Assembly: GCF_001194135.2 (NCBI RefSeq)
Contig: NC_068997.1
Location: 42,960,496 to 43,000,077, forward strand
DNA length: 39,582 bases
Reading direction: 5' to 3'
DNA from: Octopus bimaculoides
Lineage: Eukaryota
Positions 10,629 through 22,660 of the stretch are shown piece after piece (position 1 is the stretch's first letter; each line of letters begins with the position of its first letter). The position numbers and the translations under genes were made by a program. The notes under the pieces were generated by a model. That model was not told where the DNA came from. It saw nothing but the letters and a program-made list of their open reading frames with translations, and ran no database searches.

Positions 10629-11640
10629 TACTACCTCAGCCAAACAGACCTCAGCGACATGATCAGAGATCTTGCTTCCACAAAGTCCAACTCCGAATAC
10701 TTGATCAATTGGTTTAAGCAATTGGTTTAACTGGATAGGCGAAAATGCTCAAGTCACAAATCCGAGGAAGCATCACGTCGGTTTTTCTAGGTTATTTACC
10801 TGTTAATATTGGCTCTGTATCTGCCAAGATGTGGTTAGTTCATTCCAAGCCATCTGAGTAGCCTAAACAAGCGGTGCTTCATCATTGACAACTCATCCAA
10901 GAACTTCAAAGCTATGCTGCTCCATGATAAGAGGAACTATCTGTCTCTTCCTCTGGTTAGCTTTGGCACCTCAAGAAAGAATACAACAGCGTCAGGATTT
11001 CACTAGATGTCTTGGACTATAACGAACACGACTTTATTTGACGTCTTGGACTATAGGGAATATGATCGGAAGGTTATCGGAGACTTCAAAATTGTGGTAT
11101 TACTGATAGCTTTCTAAGGCGGATTTCCCATGTATTTCAGCTATCTTTGCCTTTCGGCAGTAGAGGCACCGCGGCACACTATTACTGGCGGCACTGTCTA
11201 TGACGGACCGAGTTTTTTGTAGTCAGAAACAAAGACAAGTAGTAACAATCTGGACCCAGGAATGTGTTGCTCCCTTCACTGCAGATAAAATTGTGCTTTA
11301 AGAAGCAATTTTCCACGGCTCTTGATCAGGTATCTTCAGCTTTAAGTGCTTTTAACACTGCTTCTCTAAATGGTCTGAAGTTACGGTCAAAAGAGGTGTC
11401 TTTGTTGGACCATAGATAAAGAAGATTCTAGGCTACACACATTTTCCCAGATGTTCATCATATAGCAGAAGGTAGTGATTCGGGGCTCCCTGCTAAATCA
11501 CAAGGCAGAAAAACCGTGTGAACTGGATGAGATTCCAGCGAAGAAGTGCAGAAAAGTGGCCAGCAAAATGTCCCTGAAATTTCATGTCCTTGAGCTCAAC
11601 TTGATAAATTCAAGAACATGGAAACGGACTCAGGAGAAAG
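10629..11640 (+). pseudogene. Decayed DNA transposase, Chapaev3-like (CMC group, Transib/RAG1-related core)
   Basis: Motifs in order across frameshifts and stops: LSQTDLSDMIRDLASTKSNSEYL (10629), FIIDNSSKNFKAMLLH (D at 10887), VIGDFKIVVLL..GGF.MYFSYLCL (D at 11082), PSLQIKLCFKKQF (11273), GVFVGP*IKKIL (11395), MSLKFHVL (11568). The transposase call is strong; the family name is from recalled motifs. Confidence 0.78.
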
Positions 11641-11834
11641 ACGATTGGTTTTAGGGAACTGCAACGGACCACTCATTCTGCATAGTCATCGTGTTGGATG
11701 TGGAAGCAGCAAACATCGTAGACTTTAGGTGGCTATGAACCAGGAGATGTAAATCCTGGAAGGGGTAGAACTAACTGGATTTAAGCAGGGGCTTGATCAA
11801 CTCTGGTTGGTCGTCTAACTGAGAGTGACTAATT

Positions 11835-12030
11835 GCTGGAAGATCCAAAACACCCAATGACTTCAGAAAAACATCAGCAACGATATGTTAAGATGATGTA
11901 TGAAAAACTATACAGGTGTAACATCATATCTCAAAGCTACAATATTACTATTGTTATTGAAGATCTTGGAATATCAAAAGGAGCGAACAAATATGTAGAT
12001 GGAATTCCTGATTTACTTCCGGGCACTTTA
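11835..12030 (+). mobile_element. Old Dong/R4-like C-terminal fragment
   Basis: ITIVIEDLGISKGANKYVDGIP resembles the IPIVIGALG..K..DKY...IPG C-terminus seen at 14414-14575; heavily decayed. Confidence 0.45.
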
Positions 12031-12299
12031 CATATTTTGCGTAAATTTTCACTGTGTAAATGCAATTTTATTCATTCAGTATTGCTATATATTTTACAAA
12101 GATTTTTCTTACACTGAAGCATCAGTTTTTTCAATTACATAGCACCTAACCTGTTAACATGTTTAGATGCAAAGTGTCTGGTTGAGGAATGGGTGCGGCT
12201 TGTATAAATTAAAGCCTAAACACAACAGCAACAACAATAATAATTTCTAACAGGTACACGATCTCAAATTTGGTGGATTGCAGAATAAAATATACATAT

Positions 12300-13460
12300 A
12301 TGAAAGAAGTATTTAAGTAGAAATATTTTAGACGCATGAGATTAATACCTATAGCTGTTAAATAAGAAAAAAATAATGAGGTAATACATTCACTGTCTCG
12401 GTAGTAATATTCTTAACTGAACGCTAAAAGAATTAGAAAGACTAAAGAGAAACAAAACAAGAAAATAGTGGCTGCATTTCGAATATCCCCCACAAAAGCT
12501 AATGCAGAAAGATAATATTGACTACGAATTGAGGGAAGAAAGAGGATAATGCAATTAGAAAACTTTTATACATTACTTAAGAAGATTAATAAATATGTAA
12601 CAAAGCCAATAAATAGAAAGCAGAGGATAAAAAAAGAGACAGCTCTAAGGAGGAAAGAATAACGACAGAAATTCTGAAATCCTAAAAATCAAGTTCTAAG
12701 TGAATTTATAGAACGCCATGTTGAAATGATGACAAGAAAAACCCTTTCATGGCCAAAAGCTGGGAAAAAACTAGACAGAGAGAAATCATAGATCTGGGTG
12801 AAAAGCGCAGGAGTTAAGCACAGAAGTTGCAAGATCAAAGCTTTTCCATCAAAAGCATGTAATTAATCAAAAGATTGCTTTAACTGCTAAATCTATGGAG
12901 GGCGGATAGAAGGAATAAATCAATTTGCCTTTGGCAATGCAGTCTCTGTAAAAAGAGAATATATCGGCAGGTATGATAGAGTTTGAGCGTACTGGAAGTT
13001 ATACCGGCATTATGAAATAGCAACAGAAAAGATATGCTATAAACATACATCAGAAGAGGTCTCTGAAAATGAAAAGGTAAACAACTCTGGGACATGCAAT
13101 TCCACACAGAAATGTCAAGTTTAATTAACCTGACATTGATGTTAAGGACTCGCAAGAAAAGGAAGTGCCTCCTAATCGAAGTATCAGCCCAAACAGTCTC
13201 TATGAAATAAATTAACCCAGTGTAAAAGTCTGGAAGTGATAACCAGAATCTAGGGATTGGAAACCAAGATATTCCCTATAATAATTGGTGTCTTGGAAAT
13301 AATTAAATTCATGCATATACATAACCAAGATTGCAAGATTTATAAATATGCGGAGCGAACAGAAAATAGCATTAATCGGTACTGCACACTTGTTACTTAA
13401 AGAACTCTCAACAGAATAGAAAATACAAAACCAATACAGAGGTGTTCACAGAGCTGTCAT
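12300..13460 (+). mobile_element. Decayed Dong/R4-clade element (RT C-terminus to REL endonuclease)
   Basis: KYFRRMRLI (about 12325), LKELERLK..KTRK, TKANAER*Y*LRIEGRKRIMQLE (degenerate HPKADVERLYLPR..GGRG), LDREKS*IWVKSAG, CLLIEVS (about 13170), LEVITRI*GLETKIFPIIIGVL. Confidence 0.75.
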
Positions 13461-13494
13461 CTCCTTGATGCAGTGTAAGTATGCAACCATACGA

Positions 13495-13740
13495 TAATTG
13501 AGAAAATTCAGAAATATCAGGATCTAGCCAAAGATGTGATGAGATTGTGGAAGACTAAGATGTAGTAACTGGTATACTTAGCACAAGAGTTATACAACTG
13601 CCTAAGAGACTGAAGGATGTTGGAATTAAGATTTGAATTAGTGACCTGCAAGAATCCTAAGAAATATTCTTGAAATTTGAGGCAACTTGTTTTCACCAGA
13701 CCTCAAGTCAATATTCCTACTGACTGATATAGTATCTAAT
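13495..13740 (+). mobile_element. Dong/R4-like 3' fragment
   Basis: EKIQKYQDLAKDVMRLWKTK (REL-domain C-terminal motif), followed by a short UTR and (TAA)n. Confidence 0.7.
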
Positions 13741-13758
13741 AATAATAATAATAATAAT

Positions 13759-14014
13759 GCTGAAGTTCAAAAGATAGTGCTCATGGGAACTGCCCATATC
13801 CTACGTAAAATAATATCTATGTGACCTCAAAGTTTAAAACAAACAATTTTCTTATGGTTTCTTAAACATTCTCTAGAACAACACTATGTACAAATCGAAA
13901 TATATGGTACCCTAGGCATAACACCTACATGAACTTCTAACTTGTTGTCTCTTGAGGTCTCTGGGTGAGACTTGGATCCAACTTGTACAAATGCAAAACA
14001 AAAGTCAAACATAA
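13759..14014 (+). mobile_element. Dong/R4-clade 3' end (family B), 5'-truncated
   Basis: AEVQKIVLMGTAHILRKIISM* (13759-13824) plus 3' UTR; (TAA)n on both sides (13738-13758 and 14015-14080). Confidence 0.88.
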
Positions 14015-14080
<66 letters not shown>

Positions 14081-14411
14081 CCTTTGTTGAGTTTATAAGT
14101 CATGTGACAGAAGATAACTAATTCATTTTCATTTCAATACATTTTAATATTACTGTATGTCTTTGGGTCTGTCTGATTCGCTGTTTATTGACCAAAACTA
14201 AATAATCCACTGACAAGGAGGTAATCAGGTAATCGCTAAAGCCAAAAACATCTCAGTTCAATTGTCTTATGCCTGAGTAGAAATGAGAGGGAAGATGAAT
14301 AAGGGAAGATTTAACCTTCTCTTATTGCACCTTCACATGCAATTATAGACATCTTCGTACAAATTCAAACATGAATATGGTAGTAGAAAGAAGTAAAGTT
14401 ANNNNNNNNNN

Positions 14412-14673
14412 AAACAGAAACAATTCCTATCATAGTAGGCGCCTTAGGTATGATAAAAATACATTCTGACAAATACATAACAAAAACACAAGGTCTTACA
14501 AATATATATAACATACAGAAAATTGCACTACTGGGCACTGCACGCATCCTACGCAAAACACTTTCAATACAGTAACCATAAGAGCATCACAGCAAACCAC
14601 AGCACATACCCAAGGTACACAGAGCTGCGCTCGGTAGTGAAGTGAAAGCATGTTATAAAAATAAAACTATTGA
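14412..14673 (+). mobile_element. Dong/R4-clade 3' end (family A)
   Basis: Open frame 14414-14575: TETIPIIVGALGMIKIHSDKYITKTQGLTNIYNIQKIALLGTARILRKTLSIQ*; 3' UTR then (TAA)n. Confidence 0.9.
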
Positions 14674-14699
14674 ATAATAATAATAATAATAATAACAGA

Positions 14700-15225
14700 T
14701 TTTTCGATGAAGCTTACGAAATTGCAAGCTAGATCCGAAAATTGTTGACAATGAATAGACTGCACCACCCTAAGGTAGGTATGAAACGACTTTACTTGCC
14801 AGGAAAATAAGGGTGGCCGTGGACTATTACAACTTAAGTTGACAGTGAAAACTGCCTCACTTTGCCTAAACATTTATCTGAAAAATGTTGATGAGTGAAT
14901 TCTAAAACTTGTCTTAAATCACGAAGGACAGCAAGTCCCAGAATTTGATGAACTGGGAACAAGCACAGAAAAAGGTAAATCTATGAAAACTCTTGCTAAA
15001 AATTCAGCCTTAAATATTTTCAATGATAAATGCCAAGAAAAACCACTCAATGGCAAATTTCCAAAGAGCCTACAATGCTGATATTGACAAAACCCTTAAC
15101 CATCAATGGTTAGTGTCTGCTGACTTAAAATCTGAGACAGAAGGCTTTATCATAGCAGCCAACAATCAATGCCTACCTACAAGAAGCTACCAGATCAACA
15201 TCTTAAAGAGGGGCAGTAGCCCAAT
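14700..15225 (+). mobile_element. Dong/R4-clade internal fragment
   Basis: KLLTMNRLHHPKVGMKRLYLPGK*GGRGLLQL, then DIDKTLNHQWLVSADLKSETEGFIIAANNQCLPTRSYQINILKRGSSP; starts right after (TAA)n and stops just before the CCHC. Confidence 0.85.
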
Positions 15226-15494
15226 ATTATCTATTTTTATTGTCTGCCTGCTACTAATAATAAGGCCCTGAGGAGATACAGTATCCCATATTTTATAATA
15301 TGCATGAATCAATCTGGATATTGCATCGAAATGTTCATAGGTCATTTTCATTATTATAATAAAATATTTTCAATGGATCAGTTTTGAGCTCTCATTTAAA
15401 TCGATATAAATACAAAAACTTACTTGTGGGTATTTCGCTACGTTTGTTAACAGATACAATATTTTTGCCTAATTTTTGGTATAAAAATATATAT

Positions 15495-15524
15495 GAATAC
15501 ACACACNNNNNNNNNNNNNATATA

Positions 15525-15562
<38 letters not shown>

Positions 15563-16372
15563 AGCATACATATATATACACACACACGTTTATACATACA
15601 CATACATGCATACGCCCACTCACATGTATATATATACGTACATATATGTACGAATATACACACATATACATATATATATATCACCATACATATATACAAA
15701 CAACCGTTCATACTTTTGCATATATACACACGCACACGCATATACATATGCATAAATAAGCAGGCGTGCATCCATATACACCCGCGTACACATATGTATG
15801 CGCATCTTCTCGTATATATACGCGCACCTGCATAAACACACATATACCTATGCACACGTACGTACATGTGCAAATACCCACATATGTATATATATATATA
15901 TATATATATATNNNNNNNNNNNNNNNNNNNNNNNNNNNNNNNNNNNNNNNNNNNNNNNNNNNNNNNNNNNNNNNNNNNNNNNNNNNNNNNNNNNNNNNNN
16001 NNNNNNNNNNNNNNNNNNNNNNNNNNNNNNNNNNNNNNNNNNNNNNNNNNNNNNNNNNNNNNNNNNNNNNNNNNNNNNNNNNNNNNNNNNNNNNNNNNNN
16101 NNNNNNNNNNNNNNNNNNNNNNNNNNNNNNNNNNNNNNNNNNNNNNNNNNNNNNNNNNNNNNNNNNNNNNNNNNNNNNNNNNNNNNNNNNNNNNNNNNNN
16201 NNNNNNNNNNNNNNNNNNNNNNNNNNNNNNNNNNNNNNNNNNNNNNNNNNNNNNNNNNNNNNNNNNNNNNNNNNNNNNNNNNNNNNNNNNNNNNNNNNNN
16301 NNNNNNNNNNNNNNNNNNNNNNNNNNNNNNNNNNNNNNNNNNNNNNNNNNNNNNNNNNNNNNNNNNNNNNNN

Positions 16373-16426
<54 letters not shown>

Positions 16427-16432
16427 ATATAT
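15495..16432. repeat. Degenerate (TA/CA/CG)n tract, N-gap and (AG)n
   Basis: Directly visible; (AG)n at 16372-16420. Confidence 0.9.
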
Positions 16433-16894
16433 AGCTATACCACGTGATGCGGCGAATGCATTCAGTAAAAATAAGACAGCCAAATAATAGTAATTTCTAA
16501 AGTTATTTCTACAGATTTTCAGAGCCAGCACTGAAAGTTTTGACGTTTCGTTTACGAATACGTCAATGTAATGAATGCGATCAAAGAAAATAAGTAATGG
16601 GTGTATAATGGACATTTCAAGAGTTCTTACACCTTCTGCACCACAACCAAACCATTAACCATTCACAAACATGTTGCTGAAATAACCACTAAATTTAGTG
16701 GTGTAATCCACTTGGATATACCAACTTTGCATATTAAATACATTCTTAGCAACTCATACGTACTTATTAATTGCTGGTAGGGACATTGTACTTCGTTATG
16801 GAACCCTATTGGTTGCATATCATGGTTGCATAGCGAAATACGGTTTCTCTACCAGCAATTAAAAATGATAATATATATACATCTAATAATGATA

Positions 16895-16908
16895 TTAGTA
16901 GTAATAAT

Positions 16909-16946
<38 letters not shown>

Positions 16947-17011
16947 CAGCATCAGCAGCAGCAGTAGTAGCAGTAGTAGTAGTAGTAGTAGTAGTAGTAG
17001 TNNNNNNNNNN

Positions 17012-17055
<44 letters not shown>
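16895..17055. repeat. Compound (GCA)n/(GTA)n trinucleotide repeat
   Basis: Directly visible. Confidence 0.95.
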
Positions 17056-18603
17056 ATACGATGGCCGAATAAATAGGAGCGAATGAATCAAAACTAGACG
17101 AAAACAGATCAGAAATCTGAATTCTTCTTATTCTGACCCAACATGTCGTGTTCATCTTTTTTCTTTTATAACCATTTCTACGATTTCTAACGGCTATCAC
17201 GATATTGCACGTCTGCTGCCTTGGATTTAAATATTGGTGATGGATACTTCAGGAAATTGGTTCATGCATTTTGAATGATGATCGTCATCGTATCTCTGAA
17301 CTTTGCTTTGCATCTCCCTCACTCTCTCTATTCTCTCCCTCTCTATACTCCCCTTCTGTCGTTCACGTTCTGTTCTTTCTCACTCTCCAATTCTTTGCAC
17401 ATATATATATATATATATGTATGTATGTATACATACACGTACGTATATATACATGTATTTGGATGGATATATGCGTGTGTATGCGTTGCGTACGTTGTAA
17501 TTGTGTGTACATGTATGTGTGCCCGTGTGTATGTGTGTAATTCTCAAAAAAGGAAAGATGAGTTAAATTGATCAGCATCACAAGAGCTATTTATTCTCCA
17601 CTCTGTGTGTGTGTTTGATGATTTTTTTCTTTTTTTTGGAAACTACTTCGCTGTTATATTTTAGAATCAGAATTTTTTCCAAAAATTTAAAATAGATTTT
17701 AATTTCTTCGTGCATATGTGTGCATATGTGTGTATGCATGTGTGTATGCATGTGTGTACCGCTCTGTTTTCTCTCCTACTTTCACACACACGCGCGCGCG
17801 CACATATATATTCATACAAACGTACCTGTAAATATGTGCATAACCATATACACACACCATTACACAAGTACATGCACGCACTCACATACACATTCACAGG
17901 CATGTGCACGAAGGTACTACAGGTAGATACATATACTAAAGAAGTTAATTGTGATACCAATTCGTATGTAGCAATATCTTTATTAGATTTAACCTGTATT
18001 AAGAACAGAACGCATTCCATGATAAAAAAAAAATTAAATAAACGTAATTTTGTTGGTTTCCACATATAGCAACATGTAAAATGTCTTTATTTTATAACAA
18101 ATTGATTTCATAAACGAGCTTTGATTGCCGTTTGAAGTTTATTCTTTCTATTTATGCGGCAAATGCGCCTTGAGAAAGATATACACGTTCCTAAATTTCC
18201 GACCATGATGAACGCTGAGTTGCAAAGTCGGTAGTAAAGGCGAGGAACATGCTACCATCTAGTATTTCGCTATTTTACATTTTACGCCGCGTAGTTTTAG
18301 TTATATGGTGTGTGATTATTATGCAACAATCAAGTTTAGTAGAGAAGATGATAATTATAAATGTAATATCGTACCTATTAGTTTCCGTTAATGAACAAAG
18401 AGAGTTCAGAAAAGTAGCGATATCTACAATACTGATTATGCAGTAAAGTGTTAGCATCATAGAAAGATATGATGCAAGATAAACTGTGTCCAAACTGATT
18501 ACCATTGTATTGTAACTGTCTGAATTGCTAAGGTTGTAAACCGTATGTTATTACCTGGATTGCAGTAAATTTAGTAAGTGTTAATATGTCTGAACACCTT
18601 TTA

Positions 18604-18817
18604 AGGTAGTGAGCTGGTAGAATCATGAGTACACCGGGCAAAATGTTTAGCGTTATTTCGTCCGTCTTCACATTCTGAGTTCAAATTTCGCCAAGCTCTG
18701 CTTTGCCTTTCATCGTTTCGAGGACGATAAAATAAGTACCCGTGAGTACTGGGGTCAATGTGATCGACTGACGCCTTGTCTCTAAATTGCTGGCCTTGTG
18801 CCAAAATCTGAAATCAG
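18604..18817 (+). mobile_element. SINE family 1, full-length diverged copy
   Basis: A-box-like GAGCTGGTAGAA, B-box-like TTCTGAGTTCAAATT, core GATAAAATAAGTACC. Confidence 0.88.
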
Positions 18818-18836
18818 TATATCTAAACACTTTATC

Positions 18837-19047
18837 GGCGAGCTGGCAGAATCGTAAGCACACTGGGCAAAATGCTTAGAGGCGTTTCGTTCATATTTAC
18901 GTTCTGGGCTCGAATGCTGCCGAGTTCCACTTTGCCTTTCATCCTTTCAGGGTCGATAAAATAAGTACTAGTTGAGCACTAGGGTCGATTTAATTAGCTT
19001 AGCCCCTCACCCAAAATTGCTTGTTATGTGCTAAAATTTGAAACCAA
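18837..19047 (+). mobile_element. SINE family 1, full-length diverged copy (tandem with previous)
   Basis: GGCGAGCTGGCAGAATCG head; CTTTGCCTTTCATCCTTTCAGGGTCGATAAAATAAGTAC core. Confidence 0.9.
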
Positions 19048-21351
19048 TTTATCTAAAAACTTTGGGTTGTCCACGAGTGAGATACGTTTTGGTCGACGCC
19101 CAATAGAGTAAATCTAATGCTAGGCGTTCTCAAAATAATACGTGAAGTTCTTCCAGTAAAAATATAAAGCTTACTGATGTTAAAATAATGAAGTAATGTG
19201 TAGTAAAAATAAGTATTTATTGCTTCAAGAATAGCGCAAGCAGCGATAGTGTCTCTATTTATAATAAGCTTTTAACGTTGGTCCCGTGTGTAAGAAACTA
19301 CGTAAATTGTAAAACGTAACGTGAATGTAAAAATAAACACTAGCATAGTTAATTGTATATAGTGAATCCTAGCGCTTGGCGTAGCTAATGTACCAAGAGG
19401 AGACTTGCTTTGATGCTAAGCTTGGCCATAAGGACATATTTCACAGTTTTGAATCCACACTCGTACATCTTGACTCATGGTTACACAAAATTCGAAGCAA
19501 TTTCTAGGTATCTTCAATTAATGAGCGCAATAAATAATATGGCATACCAAAAACTGCTTGAGAGTAACCTTTCTTATCAATGGCTATGTATGTGATATCA
19601 ATGGAGGGGCTGAGTGTGTGGAATTAATTTCCTGTCATGAAAACGTGTCGGCTACTCCAGAGTCTTGGCGGATATGTGACTGATGTGTGAAATAAACAGA
19701 TACAATTTGTCAAAGTACCTCTATCTCCCGTGTCAGTGTCCATATAATGTGCGTAGAAGATAAACTCCTTGCCTTCCAAACACCGAGGAAAATCTTGCTG
19801 ACTGTTATATAACCAGTAGCTCTAAAACAAATGCATAAAAATGCCACTAGGTCATGTTGATTTTTACGATAGTTATTGCAACACTTTGCCGATAGTGGTA
19901 TCGGAGATGTCTACTGTAGGACATACAGCGAAATCGTCAGACTTAACGTAGCGGGTACAGCCACATTATTCCTAATGTACCATAAAGCAGATCCACACTC
20001 ATCAGTCCTCTGCTAGAGATTTACTCGAATACTTGGTGTGTTTCCAAAGTAAACTTGTGAGGGGGTGAATGCAGTTCCTCCATATGAAAGTAAACATCGA
20101 TAAAATATCGCTACGCTTAGAAATTGTTTCAGTTATCGAACAGTGATGCAGAAGAGCGTTTATAATTTCTGCTTTCAATTCATTGTAACCATCCTAGCCG
20201 GAAAAGATGTGAGTAAGATTCTAGTTTCTTAAGTTAATTCAGGCTGTAATAAAACAACCACGCAGGCTCGTGAAATGATATCACAGTTGATAAATTGTAC
20301 TTCTATTTGAGCTAACTAATTTTAGGTATATGGTGTATAGTTATGATGCATTAATCAAGATCAGTAAATAAGACGATAATTCTGAAACGAATATCACACT
20401 CAATAGATCCTGTTAATTATGAGAGAGAGGTGAAGAGAGGAAGACAGAGAGAGCTAGAAAATATCATTTTCTAATTTTCCACCATGTTGATCAGACAATA
20501 AAGCGCTGATATCGGATAGAAAACGACATGACGTATGATAAACTTCTTACACTTATATCCAATCTTCTCACCCTCATATCGAACTATCTACGGTGCTTAG
20601 GTTGTAATAAAGCAGTATTCAAGACTTAATCTACATACAACAGTATGAATTGTTCACTAATGAGTTGCTTCGCAGCTGATGGACAAAGGTAGATTTAATG
20701 TTAGACGTCCCAAAAATAATGCGTGAAGTTCTTTCAATAGTTATGGTGTGCTTATACACATATATACATCAAGTGACTATTTTCGCAAGGGTCATCAATA
20801 TATATATCTGTGTATGTATGTGTGTGTGTATGTGCGGGTGTGTGTGTATGTGCGGGTGTGTGTATATGTGTGTGTGTTTGCGTGTGTATATAAGGCAAGA
20901 AGAGAAACAAAGTTTTGGAGGCTAAAGGGAGTAATTGTGTGGATTTATTACAGTATTAGTATTCAGTTTCAGCTTATTAAGCACACGGGATGGGAGAATA
21001 CATTATCAACATACACACTATTTGAATCGGAAGTGCAGAGGGACGTATCTTAAAACTACAAGGTATTTAGTCGAGTACTCTACTATTTGGGGTATTTCAT
21101 CACTCAAGAATATATATATATATATATATATATATANNNNNNNNNNNNNNNNNNNNNNNNNNNNNNNNNNNNNNNNNNNNNNNNNNNNNNNNNNNNNNNN
21201 NNNNNNNNNNNNNNNNNNNNNNNNNNNNNNNNNNNNNNNNNNNNNNNNNNNNNNNNNNNNNNNNNNNNNNNNNNNNNNNNNNNNNNNNNNNNNNNNNNNN
21301 NNNNNNNNNNNNNNNNNNNNNNNNNNNNNNNNNNNNNNNNNNNNNNNNNNN

Positions 21352-21391
<40 letters not shown>

Positions 21392-21421
21392 ATGCATAAA
21401 TTAAGCATATATCTCATAATG

Positions 21422-22660
21422 TATACTAATTCTGCGTGCGAGACGTATTTGAGGTCATATCTGGAAAATTCATAAAACATCTGTAATCTAGTAAAATCTA
21501 AACATATTTTAGTAAAAATTAATCTTGATGTTAAGTTTTCTTATAAGATTTTTCCGTGAATCTGCCCCCAGCTTCGATGACTGCTTCAATGCGGGACCGA
21601 AATAGTTGTTCAATAAATCCTCCTTATTCATTTTGGACATCACTTGGACAATGCCGGCATTCAGTGGGGCTATTGTGTTGTGATGTCGATTAATCTCATT
21701 TTCAGCAACGCTCCAGACATTGTAGTCCATGGAATTTAAATCTGGCAAATTCGAAGGCCAAATACCTGATGTTATATGATCGTAAAGATTGTTTGACGTC
21801 TGTTTGACATCTAGCGTTGAGTTACGTGGGCTTCGTGAGAAAATGTTGAGTCTTGTTGAAACATGTATCGTCTTCCACTGCCTGCTTCATCCATCCAGAG
21901 CTTAGTAGCTGTTTCCAACACTTCTATCATTAATTCAAATACCCTATGGAAAAATGTGAAGTGGCATGACAAGACATTCGTCACTCCCAATACTTAAATC
22001 TATCACAGTTGCTGGAAAGTTAGTCTGCATTACTCTGGAGACATCAGTAGGATCTGCATATAGCTGTCTATCATTTCTACTCTTAGGTGTTTGATCATGG
22101 TCGAATTTCTTCCATTAAAGAGGAACCAAATCATGTGATATTCGTGTGTATAATCACGTCAGGTAAGTACTTGTCACGAATCAGATGGTTCTCCTGCGTC
22201 TTAACAGATCTGAGTCTCTCCACAGTACATACGAATGTTCTCATGTATCAGTGTTCTGATTGTCCACTTCGATACCTGAAACTCTTTGGCGATGGGCGTC
22301 ATTGATTTTTCCGAGATCATTATCGATACTGATTTGAATCCGTTGGCTTAATTGCGGTATCCATGTAGAATATCAACGTATAAAATGTTTTTTCTTCTCT
22401 TTGATACTATTGAAACATTCTCGTCAAAGGCTTCCGGTTCGGTAGGAACTATGTGTACAGAAGATCTTGCAGCATTTAAAAAGTTAGCATTTGTTAAATC
22501 GCTGTCTTCCGCACATATAGTAACTACGTGTCTTTTCATTTCTAATGTTAGTATTTTATTTTCTATGGAAGATCTGAAAGAAATAAAAACCTTTTAATTG
22601 GTTTGAAGTGAGTAATATACTGGTAATTAAGTGTCCTCAGATACCCCAACACATTGTATA
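21422..22660 (-). mobile_element. Decayed Tc1/mariner element, maT (DD37D)-like
   Basis: Minus strand: EKFDHDQTPKSRNDRQLYADP, TNFPATV..L....VMP.HIFP, RRYMFQQDSTFSH, IWPSNLPDLNSMDYNVW. Possible degenerate TIRs GTATTTGAGGTCA (21445-21457) versus rc GTATCTGAGGACA (22632-22644), both near TATA ends. Boundaries are tentative. Confidence 0.8.

Noticed and set aside
13738-14700. Repeat-spacer-repeat appearance resembling a CRISPR array
   Set aside because: The repeats are variable-length TAA microsatellites and the spacers are retrotransposon 3' ends; no cas genes; eukaryotic context.
19985-20010. CTGATGAG on the minus strand as a hammerhead ribozyme core
   Set aside because: No stem II or downstream GAAA in the required arrangement.
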